42,122 bases of DNA from IMG/VR virus record IMGVR_UViG_2778261299_000011; one strand, given 5' to 3'. Below are positions 1 to 8,152 of the stretch, piece after piece. Position numbers and translations under genes: made by a program. Every line of letters begins with the position of its first letter. The first letter of the stretch is position 1. This DNA comes from a virus (Duplodnaviria > Heunggongvirae > Uroviricota > Caudoviricetes). Under the pieces are notes generated by a model. The model was not told the origin of the DNA, ran no database searches, and saw nothing but the letters and a program-made list of their open reading frames with translations.

Positions 1-1074
1 TCATTTGTCGATTTCAATTTTGTCCCATTCCCGTCCACGGCTGTCCCTATACCGCGCCGCCATTGAATCTGATTTATGCCCGAGAAGACGTTGAGCAAAC
101 TTATCGCCAGTCTGGTTCCGGTATAGCCTAGCTGACAGGCTACGCAGTTCATGGAATGTTGGCGGGTTTCCATCAAATGAGAGGCCAGATGCATTTCTCG
201 CCTTTGTAAAATACTTTGATACTGTTTTCGGGGAAAGCGGATCGTGATGCTTTGATGCGATTATAGTTTCACTGCTGCTGGCCTCCCTGCATTTCTGTAG
301 TGTATCAGCCAATGAGATATTGAGCGCGTCAATCGTTAGCGTTAGCGGAATGGCGAGTTTAGCCCCTGTTTTACTCTGTTTAATGTGAAGATGGTTGTCG
401 TTTATGTCTGACCATTTCATTCTGCACAAATCGCCGACTCTCTGCCCTGTAACGACGGCCAAATCCATCGCCAGCCTTAGCCAGATAGGGAGAGGTTCGG
501 CTGCATGGTAAATCTCGACATACTCATTAGCTGTCAGCCTTGAGCGCCTTACTTCTGACTTTGCTGTACGGGTTGCTGTTACCGGATTCGTTGCCACATG
601 CCCCTCAGCTATTGCTTCACGAAAAACGTCAACAAGGGTTGACCTGATTAATTTTGCGGAAGCTGCTTTACCTTCTGCTACGTAGGTGTTTAGCATTGCT
701 GCCACTTCTTTCGTTGATATGTCAGTGAGCGGTTTGTCCGGCAATTTTCTTCGGATTGCCCTGATTTTGCTGGCGTAGTCGAGTAGAGTTTTCGGCCTGA
801 TCCCCCTTTCGGTGAGGATTGTTTCATATCGGTCAAGCCACACATGAAGAGTGATTGCGTCACCGCCTTTAATTCTGTCTATTAGTGATTTGCGTCCGCT
901 GTCTGAGAGTAATTCAATATTGGCCTGTATTGCTTCAGTGATTGCTATCCTCCTGTCTCGGCCTAAACCAAACTCTTTACCCGTCCTTGGGTCCCTGTAG
1001 CAGTAATATCCATTGTTTCTTATATAAAGGTTAGGGGGTAAATCCCGGCGCTCATGACTTCGCCTTCTTCCCAT
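1..1074 (-). CDS. int: Lambda Int-family tyrosine recombinase (phage integrase), 357 aa
   Basis: Full ORF. MGRRRSHERRDLPPNLYIRNNGYYCYRDPRTGKEFGLG at the N-terminus and PTFHELRSLSARLY...LLGHKSD...Y near the C-terminus match my recollection of lambda Int closely. The stop codon is at 1-3, so the att site is outside the window. Confidence 0.95.
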   Translation of the reverse strand: MGRRRSHERRDLPPNLYIRNNGYYCYRDPRTGKEFGLGRDRRIAITEAIQANIELLSDSGRKSLIDRIKGGDAITLHVWLDRYETILTERGIRPKTLLDYASKIRAIRRKLPDKPLTDISTKEVAAMLNTYVAEGKAASAKLIRSTLVDVFREAIAEGHVATNPVTATRTAKSEVRRSRLTANEYVEIYHAAEPLPIWLRLAMDLAVVTGQRVGDLCRMKWSDINDNHLHIKQSKTGAKLAIPLTLTIDALNISLADTLQKCREASSSETIIASKHHDPLSPKTVSKYFTKARNASGLSFDGNPPTFHELRSLSARLYRNQTGDKFAQRLLGHKSDSMAARYRDSRGREWDKIEIDK

Positions 1075-1270
1075 TTCTGATCCTCTTCAAAAGGCTACCT
1101 GTTACTGGTCGATTTAAGTCAACCTTTACCGCTGATTCGTGGAACAGATACTCTCTTCCATCCTTAACCGGAGGAGGGAATATCCTGCATTCGCGCACCC
1201 ATCGACGAACTGTTTCAAGGCTTCTTGGGCGTCGCTGGCGAGCGTTCCACTCCTGAAGTGTCAAGTACAT
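1052..1270 (-). CDS. xis: Excisionase (lambda Xis-like, 72 aa)
   Basis: Internal ATG at 1270 gives MYLTLQEWNARQRRPRSLETVRRWVRECRIFPPPVKDGREYLFHESAVKVDL..., the lambda Xis sequence as I recall it. It overlaps the int start as in lambda. Confidence 0.9.
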   Translation of the reverse strand: MYLTLQEWNARQRRPRSLETVRRWVRECRIFPPPVKDGREYLFHESAVKVDLNRPVTGSLLKRIRNGKKAKS

Positions 1271-1294
1271 CGCAAAGTCTCCGCAATTACACGC

Positions 1295-1318
1295 AAGAAA
1301 AAGCCGCATTGATGCGGC
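1295..1318 (-). terminator. Candidate rho-independent terminator upstream of xis (minus strand)
   Basis: Perfect stem GCCGCAT-nn-ATGCGGC (1303-1318). On the minus strand it is followed by TTTTTCTTG. Confidence 0.45.
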
Positions 1319-1387
1319 GATGGTAGGTCTGGATATCATTGAGCAATGAACAGGCCTCATCGAGTGTGAGGCGGTGTAATTTCATGG

Positions 1388-1732
1388 TTAGTCCTTGCGT
1401 AGCTCGCTGATTCTTCTGTAAGTCTCTGGTGCTTTGTTTCCGTGTATCTTCATTTCAGACTTCAACAGAGCAACGAGGGAATCCCATTCGTTGAGGATTC
1501 CTTTGAATGCCGGAACGCGCTTTGCAACCTTGTTGAATGAATCTCTGATTTCTGGAATCTGCTCAACAAGTGCAACGCATCGTCTGAAATCGGCTGCGTC
1601 ATGGGGAGCGCCGAAGTGATGACCATAGATATTCTTTTTCAGTCCACATGCGATTGAGGCAAGAGTTGCGCTACTGATGCCGACATCGCCAGTCGATTGC
1701 CATTTCAAAACCTTCATAGCCAAATCTGACAT
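1388..1732 (-). CDS. Hypothetical protein (114 aa), early-left accessory gene
   Basis: ORF with ATG at 1732 preceded by GGAG (TTGGAGACAAGAAATG). Product starts MSDLAMKVLKWQSTGDVG... No motif recognised. Confidence 0.55.
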   Translation of the reverse strand: MSDLAMKVLKWQSTGDVGISSATLASIACGLKKNIYGHHFGAPHDAADFRRCVALVEQIPEIRDSFNKVAKRVPAFKGILNEWDSLVALLKSEMKIHGNKAPETYRRISELRKD

Positions 1733-1743
1733 TTCTTGTCTCC

Positions 1744-1768
1744 AATAAAAAACCGCCATCAGGCGGCT
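1744..1768 (-). terminator. Candidate rho-independent terminator (minus strand)
   Basis: Minus strand reads GCCGCC-TGAT-GGCGGT followed by TTTTTTATT. It overlaps the stop of the 55-aa ORF. Confidence 0.5.
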
Positions 1769-1926
1769 TGGTGTTCTTTCAGTTCTTCAATTCGAATATT
1801 GGTTACGTCTGCATGCGCTATCTGCGCCCATAGCATCCAGTGGTCATAGCAGTCATTGATGTTCTCTGCTTCGATAACTCTGTTGAATGGTTCTCCATTC
1901 CATTCACCTGTGACTCGGAAGTGCAT
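1759..1926 (-). CDS. Small hypothetical protein (55 aa)
   Basis: Below the ORF-track cutoff. ATG at 1926 is preceded by GGAGATGATAA. Product is MHFRVTGEWNGEPFNRVIEAENINDCYDHWMLWAQIAHADVTNIRIEELKEHQAA. Confidence 0.45.
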   Translation of the reverse strand: MHFRVTGEWNGEPFNRVIEAENINDCYDHWMLWAQIAHADVTNIRIEELKEHQAA

Positions 1927-2009
1927 TTATCATCTCCATAAAACAAAACTCGCCGTAGCGAGTTCAGATATAATTTCCACCAAAGGCAGTAGTTGCTTGA
2001 TGCTAAGAA

Positions 2010-2438
2010 TTATTCAATACCTATTCCTGTAATATCTTTTATCTTTTTCCTTGCAAAGCCTTTTGCTAGTGATTTTGAAACACTCATAAGTGTACTAATT
2101 CCCTCATCCTTAAAGTTTGTTTTTATAGCTTGCCAGACATCCTTTTGACGTAAGTCAGCAATAAAATCATGCCCTCTTGCTGTCAACCTCAGTGGTACTT
2201 CGATCCAACTATATCCAACACCTTCCCCTAACGCTTTGGACATTATATGACCGAACCCAGGTTTTCCATCAACCCTGACTATTAATTCGTAGTCACATAA
2301 TAATCGCATATGGAAAATAAAATCTTGGTCATATCTATTAAAGCCATTATCCTCTAGTTCACTAAGCATCGTGTCAGGGCCACGAGTTTTTTCGAATGCG
2401 ATAAGTAGATCTTTTAGATATTGCTGGTCTAATTTCAT
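2010..2438 (-). CDS. Hypothetical 142-aa protein, low-GC moron (possibly DUF2513-like winged-helix, from memory only)
   Basis: Full ORF, visibly AT-rich, with strong SD (GGAGGCGGCAATG). The 12-bp palindrome GTGACATGTCAC (2449-2460) lies just upstream. Confidence 0.6.
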   Translation of the reverse strand: MKLDQQYLKDLLIAFEKTRGPDTMLSELEDNGFNRYDQDFIFHMRLLCDYELIVRVDGKPGFGHIMSKALGEGVGYSWIEVPLRLTARGHDFIADLRQKDVWQAIKTNFKDEGISTLMSVSKSLAKGFARKKIKDITGIGIE

Positions 2439-2466
2439 TGCCGCCTCCGTGACATGTCACAGAGAT

Positions 2467-2727
2467 TTATATCATTAATTTTGTTTCGTGCCAGCCTTTG
2501 GTCACCCAGCATTGTGAGTCACCATTACACGGGCATGAATTAACAGGAACTCTCTCGCCGCACTTACCGCAACGTTTTCTGCTGATCGATTTTATACGCC
2601 AGCGCACACGTGCATCATCCTGGCGGCGCGGATACTTCCGGTATCTTTTTACGCGATATTCCCCTTCAATGGCACATACAAGAAGAGAGCCATCCACAGG
2701 AGTGATTGAGGAATCGACAACCAGCAA
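2467..2727 (-). CDS. UmuD/LexA-type S24 peptidase C-terminal fragment fused to a Cys-rich tail (86 aa); possible remnant
   Basis: MLVVDSSITPVDGSLLVCAIEGEYRVKRYRKYP parallels UmuD [33 protein letters not shown]. The upstream Ser-nucleophile region is absent, with a stop immediately 5' of the ORF. The tail carries CGKCG...CPC. Confidence 0.45.
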   Translation of the reverse strand: MLVVDSSITPVDGSLLVCAIEGEYRVKRYRKYPRRQDDARVRWRIKSISRKRCGKCGERVPVNSCPCNGDSQCWVTKGWHETKLMI

Positions 2728-2780
2728 CGCTTAATTATCTATAGTGTCGTATTTGCTTCATAAAATATGGCGAATAACAC

Positions 2781-2815
2781 AAAGCCCGCAGCAGCTCATT
2801 GTGCGGGCTTTTCTT
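2781..2815 (-). terminator. Stem-loop terminator downstream of the secreted-protein gene (usable in both directions)
   Basis: GCCCGCA (2784-2790) pairs with TGCGGGC (2802-2808). TTTTCTT follows on plus and TTTGTGTT on minus. Confidence 0.6.
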
Positions 2816-2880
2816 ATACCTACTTCCTAGAGATAATTCTATGGAGGCATTAAATCAATACTGTCATTGGTAATATCATA

Positions 2881-3495
2881 TTATCTAAAAGTCTTTCCAC
2901 TTTTAACATCTAGGTATATTCTGTTCGACAACGTCATTCCTCCGCAATATGTGAAATAGATGTTTTTACCCTTATTGCTTGATGCCATCCACCCTCCGAT
3001 TTCCTTAAAATCGCTTTCCGTGCAGACCCCTTCATTTATTAACTTCCTAGCTGCCGAAGAAAACTCTTTTTTGTATATACGGTAGTCATCAGATCCTTTG
3101 ATTAAAGTATCATCTCCGCTCGCATTTTCAGCAGGATCTGATGGCCTTTCACTGCTAAGATCACTAAGTTTAACCCATTCTGAAAACTTGCCATTAACGA
3201 TTCCATTTTTTCTTGTGCAGGATTTATTACCTTCTTTAATATATTCGCTTTCCCCTCCAACACATGAGGCTGAATATGGCTCAGTTATACGAACCCATTC
3301 ACCTTTTTTTTCTAGAAAATCTACGCCTTCCCTGAAAAATAGTTTCCCAGCCACTCCACATTTACTTGAAGGGCAGGTATGTCTTTCCGTTCGATCAACA
3401 ACAACCCATAGTTTTGATTCATTTTTTGCCATTGCCGATGGTATTTGAGATGAGACAATTAACGTAAGCCCTAAAATTAGTATTGATTTTTTCAT
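2881..3495 (-). CDS. Secreted protein with N-terminal signal peptide and SH3b-like N-domain (204 aa), low-GC moron
   Basis: MKKSILILGLTLIVSSQIPSAMA is a signal peptide. WVVVDRTERHTCPSSKCGVAGKLFFREGVDFLEKKGEWVRI resembles bacterial SH3 domains. The gene is AT-rich and has its own terminator. Confidence 0.7.
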   Translation of the reverse strand: MKKSILILGLTLIVSSQIPSAMAKNESKLWVVVDRTERHTCPSSKCGVAGKLFFREGVDFLEKKGEWVRITEPYSASCVGGESEYIKEGNKSCTRKNGIVNGKFSEWVKLSDLSSERPSDPAENASGDDTLIKGSDDYRIYKKEFSSAARKLINEGVCTESDFKEIGGWMASSNKGKNIYFTYCGGMTLSNRIYLDVKSGKTFR

Positions 3496-3793
3496 TGTAA
3501 TTTCCTTTTACTTTTTACAAAGCGTTTAATCATGGCTGATTATCTCTAAGCGTAGTAACAGCCTTGTGCGAAACATGTTACCAAATCGCCATTTCAGTGT
3601 ATCCGCAGTTAGGCTGCCACTTCAAGGATTCCTAATTACATGGTACGTAAGCGTAAAATCCCGTTGGTTGGCTGGTAATAACTCTGATCAAATCTCCCTT
3701 GTCTTTTGCTCTTACGTATGCAGCTCTTGTGTATTCAACCCAGGCCTCCAGTTCAGTAATACGCTTACTTCCATCCGAGATAACACCTTCTAC

Positions 3794-4045
3794 TCACGCT
3801 GCTCGTTGAGTTTTGATTTTTGCTGTCTCCAGCTCAACACGCAGTTTCCCCACCGTTAGCGCAATATCCTCGTTCTCCTGGTCGCGGCGTTTGATGTATT
3901 GCTGGTTTCTTTCCCGTTCATCCAGCAGTGTCAGCACAATCGATGGTGTTACCAGCTCATGGAAAAGGTCCGCGTCAAATCCCCAGTTGTCATGCATTGC
4001 CTGCTCTGCCGCTTCACGCAGTGCCTGAGAGTGAATTACGCTCAC
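3794..4045 (-). CDS. Ead/Ea22-like protein fragment (83 aa), ends at an in-frame TGA
   Basis: ...LLDERERNQQYIKRRDQENEDIALTVGKLRVELE is a coiled-coil typical of Ea22-like proteins as I recall. The same frame stays open for 53 more codons after the TGA (see findings). Confidence 0.65.
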   Translation of the reverse strand: MSVIHSQALREAAEQAMHDNWGFDADLFHELVTPSIVLTLLDERERNQQYIKRRDQENEDIALTVGKLRVELETAKIKTQRAA

Positions 4046-4263
4046 TTCGAACCTCTCTGTTTACTGATAAGCTCCAGATCTTCCTGGCAACTTGCACAAG
4101 TCCGACAACCCTGAACGGCCAGGCGTCTTCGCTCATCTATGGGATCGCCACACTCACAACAATGAGTGGCAGATACAGCCTGGTGGTTCAGGCGGCGCAT
4201 TTTTATTGCTGTGTTGCGCTGTAATTCTTCAATTTCTGATGCTGAATCAATGACGTCTGCCAT
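4042..4263 (-). CDS. TraR/DksA-type C4 zinc-finger protein (73 aa; lambda orf73-like)
   Basis: The CCECGDPIDERRRLAVQGCRTCASC four-Cys motif. Size and position match the lambda exo-xis region orf73. Confidence 0.8.
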   Translation of the reverse strand: MADVIDSASEIEELQRNTAIKMRRLNHQAVSATHCCECGDPIDERRRLAVQGCRTCASCQEDLELISKQRGSK

Positions 4264-4361
4264 CTTCCATTAATTCCTGAATTGTTGGTTAATACGCTTG
4301 GGGGTAAAGGCGAGCAATAAAAAAGGAGCCTGTAGCTCCCTGATAATTTTGCTTTTCATGT

Positions 4362-4577
4362 TCATCGTTCCTTAAAGACGCCGTTTAACATGCCGATTGC
4401 CAGGCTTAAATGAGTCGGTGTGAATCCCATCAGCGTTACCGTTTCGCGGTGCTTCTTCAGTACGCTACGGCAAATGTCATCGACGTTTTTATCCGGAAAC
4501 TGCTGTCTGGCTTTTTTGATTTCAGAATTAGCCTGACGGGCAATGCTGCGAAGGGCGTTTTCCTGCTGAGGTGTCAT
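4362..4577 (-). CDS. Lambda exo-xis region small protein (orf61-like, 71 aa)
   Basis: Internal ATG at 4577 gives MTPQQENALRSIARQANSEIKKARQQFPDKNVDD... Assigned by position between the orf73-like and orf63-like genes. Confidence 0.6.
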   Translation of the reverse strand: MTPQQENALRSIARQANSEIKKARQQFPDKNVDDICRSVLKKHRETVTLMGFTPTHLSLAIGMLNGVFKER

Positions 4578-4653
4578 TGAACAAGTCCCATGTCGGCAAG
4601 CATAAGCACACAGAATATGAAGCCCGCTGCCAGAAAAATGCATTCAGTGGTTG

Positions 4654-4845
4654 TCATACCTGGTCTCTCTCATCTGCTTCTGCTTTCGCCACCATCATTT
4701 CCAGCTTTTGTGAAAGGGATGCGGCTAACGTATGAAATTCTTCGTCTGTTTCTACTGGTATTGGCACAAACCTGACTCCAATTTGAGCGAGGCTATGTGC
4801 CATCTCGATACTCGTTCTTAACTCAACGGGAGATGCTTTGTGCAT
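4654..4845 (-). CDS. Lambda exo-xis region small protein (orf63-like, 63 aa)
   Basis: 63-aa [40 protein letters not shown]... in the lambda orf63 position. Confidence 0.6.
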   Translation of the reverse strand: MHKASPVELRTSIEMAHSLAQIGVRFVPIPVETDEEFHTLAASLSQKLEMMVAKAEADERDQV

Positions 4846-5009
4846 ACAGCCCCCCCCCGTTTATTATTTATCTCCTCAGCCAGCCGCTGTGCTTTCAGGG
4901 GATTTCGGATAACAGGAAGGCCGGGAAATACCCAGCCTCGCTTTGTAACGGAGTAGACGAAAGTGATTGCGCCTACCCGGATATTATCGTGAGGATGCTT
5001 CATCGCCAT
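4818..5009 (-). CDS. Lambda orf60a-like small protein
   Basis: [49 protein letters not shown] matches my recollection of lambda orf60a. It sits directly downstream of exo. Confidence 0.6.
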   Translation of the reverse strand: MAMKHPHDNIRVGAITFVYSVTKRGWVFPGLPVIRNPLKAQRLAEEINNKRGGAVCTKHLPLS

Positions 5010-5680
5010 TGCTCCCCAAATACAAAACCAATTTCAGCCAGTGCCTCGTCCATTTTTTCGATGAACTCCGGCACCATCTCGTCAAAACTCGCAATGTACT
5101 TTTCATCCCGCTCAACCACGACATAATGCAGTCCTTCACGCTTCATACGCGGGTCATAGTTGGCAAAGTACCAGGCATCTTTTCGTGTCACCCACATGCT
5201 GTACTGCACCTGGGCCATGTAAGCCGATTTTATGGCCTCGAAACCACCGAGCCGGAACTTCATGAAATCCCGGGAGGTAAACGGGCATTTCAGTTCAAGG
5301 CCGTTGCCGTCACTGCATAAACCATCGGGAGAGCAGGCGGTGCGCATACTTTCGTCGCGATAGATGATCGGGGATTCAGTAACATTCACGCCGGAAGTGA
5401 ACTCAAAGAGGGCTCTGGCGTCGTTCTCGTACTGTTTTCCCCAGGCCAGCGCCTTAGCGTTAACTTCCGGAGCCACACCGGTGCAAACCTCGGCAAGCAG
5501 GGTGTGGAAGTAGGACATTTTCATGTCAGGCCACTTCTTTCCGGAGCGGGGTTTTGCTATCACATTGTGAACCTCTGAAGCGGTGATGACGCCGAGCCGT
5601 AATTTGTGCCACGCATCATCCCCCTGTTCGACAGCTCTCACGTCGATCCCGGTACGCTGCAGTATAATGTCCGGTGTCAT
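5000..5680 (-). CDS. exo: Lambda exonuclease (Red alpha), 226 aa
   Basis: Full-length match by eye to lambda Exo ([65 protein letters not shown]...). Confidence 0.95.
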   Translation of the reverse strand: MTPDIILQRTGIDVRAVEQGDDAWHKLRLGVITASEVHNVIAKPRSGKKWPDMKMSYFHTLLAEVCTGVAPEVNAKALAWGKQYENDARALFEFTSGVNVTESPIIYRDESMRTACSPDGLCSDGNGLELKCPFTSRDFMKFRLGGFEAIKSAYMAQVQYSMWVTRKDAWYFANYDPRMKREGLHYVVVERDEKYIASFDEMVPEFIEKMDEALAEIGFVFGEQWR

Positions 5681-6462
5681 GCTGCCACCTTCTGCTCAGT
5701 GGCTTTCTGTTTCAGGAATCCAAGAGCTTTCACTGCTTCGGCCTGTGTCAGTTCCGACGATGCGCGAATGTCGCGGCGAAATATCTGGGAACAGAGCGGC
5801 AATAAGTCGTCATCCCATGTTTTGTCCAGGGCAATCAGCAGAGTGTTAATCTCCTGCATGGTTTCATCGTTAACCGGAGTGATGTCGCGTTCCGGCTGAC
5901 GTTCTGCAGTGTATGCGGTATTTTCGACAATGCGCTCGGCTTCATCCTTGTCATAGATACCAGCAAATCCGAAGGCCAGACGGGCACACTGAATCATGGC
6001 TTTATGACGTAACATCCGTTTGGGATGCGACTGCCACGGTCCGGTGATTTCTCTGCCTTCGCGGGTTTTGAATGGTTCGCGGCGGCATTCATCCATCCAC
6101 TCGGTAACGCAGATCGGATGATTGCGGTCCTTGCGGTAAATCCGGCATGTGCAGGATTCATTGTCCTGCTCAAAGTCCATACCATCAAACTGCTGGTTTT
6201 CATTGATGATGCGGGACCAGCCATCAACGCCCACCACCGGAACGATGCCGTTCTGCTTATCAGGGAAGGCGTAAATTTCTTTCGTCCACGGATTAAGGCC
6301 GTACTGGTTGGCGACGATCAACAATGCGATGAACTGCGCATCGCTGGCATCACCTTTAAATGCCGTCTGGCGAAGAGTGGTGATCAGTTCCTGTGGGTCG
6401 ACAGAATCCATGCCGACACGTTCAGCCAGCTTCCCTGCCAGCGTTGCGAGTGCTGTACTCAT
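5677..6462 (-). CDS. bet: Lambda Beta recombinase (Red beta), 261 aa
   Basis: [66 protein letters not shown]... matches lambda Bet. ATGA overlap with exo. Confidence 0.95.
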   Translation of the reverse strand: MSTALATLAGKLAERVGMDSVDPQELITTLRQTAFKGDASDAQFIALLIVANQYGLNPWTKEIYAFPDKQNGIVPVVGVDGWSRIINENQQFDGMDFEQDNESCTCRIYRKDRNHPICVTEWMDECRREPFKTREGREITGPWQSHPKRMLRHKAMIQCARLAFGFAGIYDKDEAERIVENTAYTAERQPERDITPVNDETMQEINTLLIALDKTWDDDLLPLCSQIFRRDIRASSELTQAEAVKALGFLKQKATEQKVAA

Positions 6463-6467
6463 CCGTT

Positions 6468-6884
6468 TTATACCTCTGAATCAATATCAACCTGGTGGCG
6501 AGCAATAGTTTCAACCATGTACCGGATGTGTTCTGCCATGCGTTCCTGAAACTCAACATCGTCATCAAACGCACGGGTAATGGCTTTTTTGCTGGCCCCG
6601 TGGCGTTGCAAATGATCGATGCATAGCGATTCAAACAGGTGCTGGGGCAGGCCTTTTTCCATGTCGTCTGCCAGTTTTGCCTCTTTCTCTTCACGGGCGA
6701 TCTGCTGGTAGTGACGCGCCCAGCTCTGAGCCTCAAGACGATCCTGAATGTAATAAGCGTTCATGGCTGAACTCCTGAAATAGCTGTGAAAATATCGCCC
6801 GCGAAATGCCGGGCTGATTAGGAAAACAGGGAAGGGGGGTAGTGAATGCTTTTGCTTGATCTCAGTTTCAGTATTAATATCCAT
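6468..6884 (-). CDS. gam: Lambda Gam (RecBCD inhibitor), 138 aa
   Basis: [68 protein letters not shown]... matches lambda Gam. Confidence 0.95.
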   Translation of the reverse strand: MDINTETEIKQKHSLPPFPVFLISPAFRGRYFHSYFRSSAMNAYYIQDRLEAQSWARHYQQIAREEKEAKLADDMEKGLPQHLFESLCIDHLQRHGASKKAITRAFDDDVEFQERMAEHIRYMVETIARHQVDIDSEV

Positions 6885-6982
6885 TTTTTATAAGCGTCGA
6901 CGGCCTCACGAAACATCTTTTCATCGCCAATAAAAGTGGCGATAGTGAATTTAGTCTGGATAGCCATAAGTATTTGATCCAT
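6818..6982 (-). CDS. kil: Kil (host FtsZ-inhibiting killing protein)-like, 54 aa
   Basis: Internal ATG at 6982 gives [47 protein letters not shown]..., lambda Kil as I recall it. Confidence 0.7.
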   Translation of the reverse strand: MDQILMAIQTKFTIATFIGDEKMFREAVDAYKKWILILKLRSSKSIHYPPSLFS

Positions 6983-7115
6983 TTTTTGGGACTCCTGGCT
7001 GATTAAGTATGTCGATAAGGCGTTTCCATCCGTCACGTAATTTACGGGTGATTCGTTCAAGTAAAGATTCGGAAGGGCAGCCAGCAACAGGCCACCCTGC
7101 AATGGCATATTGCAT
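6951..7115 (-). CDS. cIII: CIII (FtsH/HflB inhibitor), 54 aa
   Basis: Not in the ORF track (<60 aa). Hand translation from ATG 7115 gives [54 protein letters not shown], which is lambda CIII. Confidence 0.85.
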   Translation of the reverse strand: MQYAIAGWPVAGCPSESLLERITRKLRDGWKRLIDILNQPGVPKNGSNTYGYPD

Positions 7116-7187
7116 GGTGTGCTCCTTATTTATACATAACGAAAAACGACTCGAGTGAAGCGTTATTGGTATGCGGTAACGCCGCGC

Positions 7188-7556
7188 TCAGGCGGCTTTG
7201 ATAGTCATATCATCTGAATCAAATATTCCTGATGTATCGATATCGGTAATTCTTATTCCTTCGCTACCATCCATTGGAGGCCATCCTTCCTGACCATTTC
7301 CATCATTCCAGTCGAACTCACACACAACACCATATGCATTTAAGTCGCTTGAAATTGCTATAAGCAGAGCATGTTGCGCCAGCATGATTAATACAGCATT
7401 TAATACAGAGCCGTGTTTATTGAGTCGGTATTCAGAGTCTGACCAGAAATTATTAATCTGGTGAAGTTTTTCCTCTGTCATTACGTCATGGTCGATTTCA
7501 ATTTCTATTGATGCTTTCCAGTCGTAATCAATGATGTATTTTTTGATGTTTGACAT
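7188..7556 (-). CDS. ea10: Lambda Ea10-like protein, 122 aa
   Basis: MSNIKKYIIDYDWKASIEIEIDHDVMTEEKLHQINNFWSDSEYRLNKHG... with lambda ea10 size and position between cIII and ral. Confidence 0.8.
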   Translation of the reverse strand: MSNIKKYIIDYDWKASIEIEIDHDVMTEEKLHQINNFWSDSEYRLNKHGSVLNAVLIMLAQHALLIAISSDLNAYGVVCEFDWNDGNGQEGWPPMDGSEGIRITDIDTSGIFDSDDMTIKAA

Positions 7557-7574
7557 CTGTTCATATCCTCACAG

Positions 7575-7602
7575 ATAAAAAATCGCCCTCACATTAGAGG
7601 GC
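7575..7602 (-). terminator. Rho-independent terminator in the pL operon (minus strand)
   Basis: Minus strand reads GCCCTC-TAATGT-GAGGGC followed by GATTTTTTAT, immediately upstream of ea10. Confidence 0.55.
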
Positions 7603-7738
7603 AAAGAAGATTTCCAATAATCAGAACAAGTCGGCTCCTGTTTAGTTACGAGCGACATTGCTCCGTGTATTCACTCGTTGGAATGAATACACAGTGCAGT
7701 GTTTATTCTGTTGTTTATGCCAAAGATAAAGGCTACCA

Positions 7739-7939
7739 TCAGGCAGCCTTGTTGTTCTGTTTGTCAAGTTCTCTGGCAATCATTGCCGTCGTTCGTATTG
7801 CCCATTTATCGACATATTTCCCATCTTCCATTACAGGAAACATTTCTTCAGGCTTAACCATGCATTCCGATTGCAGCTTGCATCCATTACATCGTTTGAA
7901 TTGTCCACGCCATTGATTTTTATCAATAGTCGTAGTCAT
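7739..7939 (-). CDS. ral: Ral restriction-alleviation protein, 66 aa
   Basis: MTTTIDKNQW.GQFKRCNGCKLQSECMVKPEEMFPVMEDGKYVDKWAIRTTAMIARE..KQNNKAA matches lambda Ral. Confidence 0.85.
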   Translation of the reverse strand: MTTTIDKNQWRGQFKRCNGCKLQSECMVKPEEMFPVMEDGKYVDKWAIRTTAMIARELDKQNNKAA

Positions 7940-8009
7940 ACGGATAGTCCTGGTATTGTTCCATCACATCCTGAGGATGCTCTTCGAACTCTTCAAATTC
8001 TTCTTCCAT
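7923..8009 (-). CDS. Tiny acidic ORF (28 aa, lambda orf28-like position)
   Basis: Hand translation gives MEEEFEEFEEHPQDVMEQYQDYPYDYDY, overlapping the ral start. Supported only by position. Confidence 0.3.
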   Translation of the reverse strand: MEEEFEEFEEHPQDVMEQYQDYPYDYDY

Positions 8010-8152
8010 ATATCACCTTAAATAGTGGATTGCGGTAGTAAAGATTGTGCCTGTCTTTTAACCACATCAGGCTCGGTGGTTCTCATGTACCCCTACAGCG
8101 AGAAATCGGATAAACTCTATTCACCCCTACAGAGAGCAAAAGAGAAACGCCG

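Noticed and set aside
1287-1385. 32-aa minus-strand ORF (MKLHRLTLDEACSLLNDIQTYHRRINAAFSCV) with an AAGGA SD
   Set aside because: It is very short and contains the candidate terminator hairpin (1303-1318) within its coding sequence. There is no recognisable similarity, so it is left uncalled.
3566-3859. 97-aa plus-strand ORF
   Set aside because: It is antisense to the Ea22-like frame and its in-frame continuation. It has no SD and an odd Cys/Ser/Phe-rich composition, so it is a shadow ORF.
4316-4340. Weak hairpin GGAGC-CTGTA-GCTCC with a flanking A/T run, considered as a minus-strand terminator
   Set aside because: The core stem is only 5 bp. It is plausible but too weak to list as a feature.
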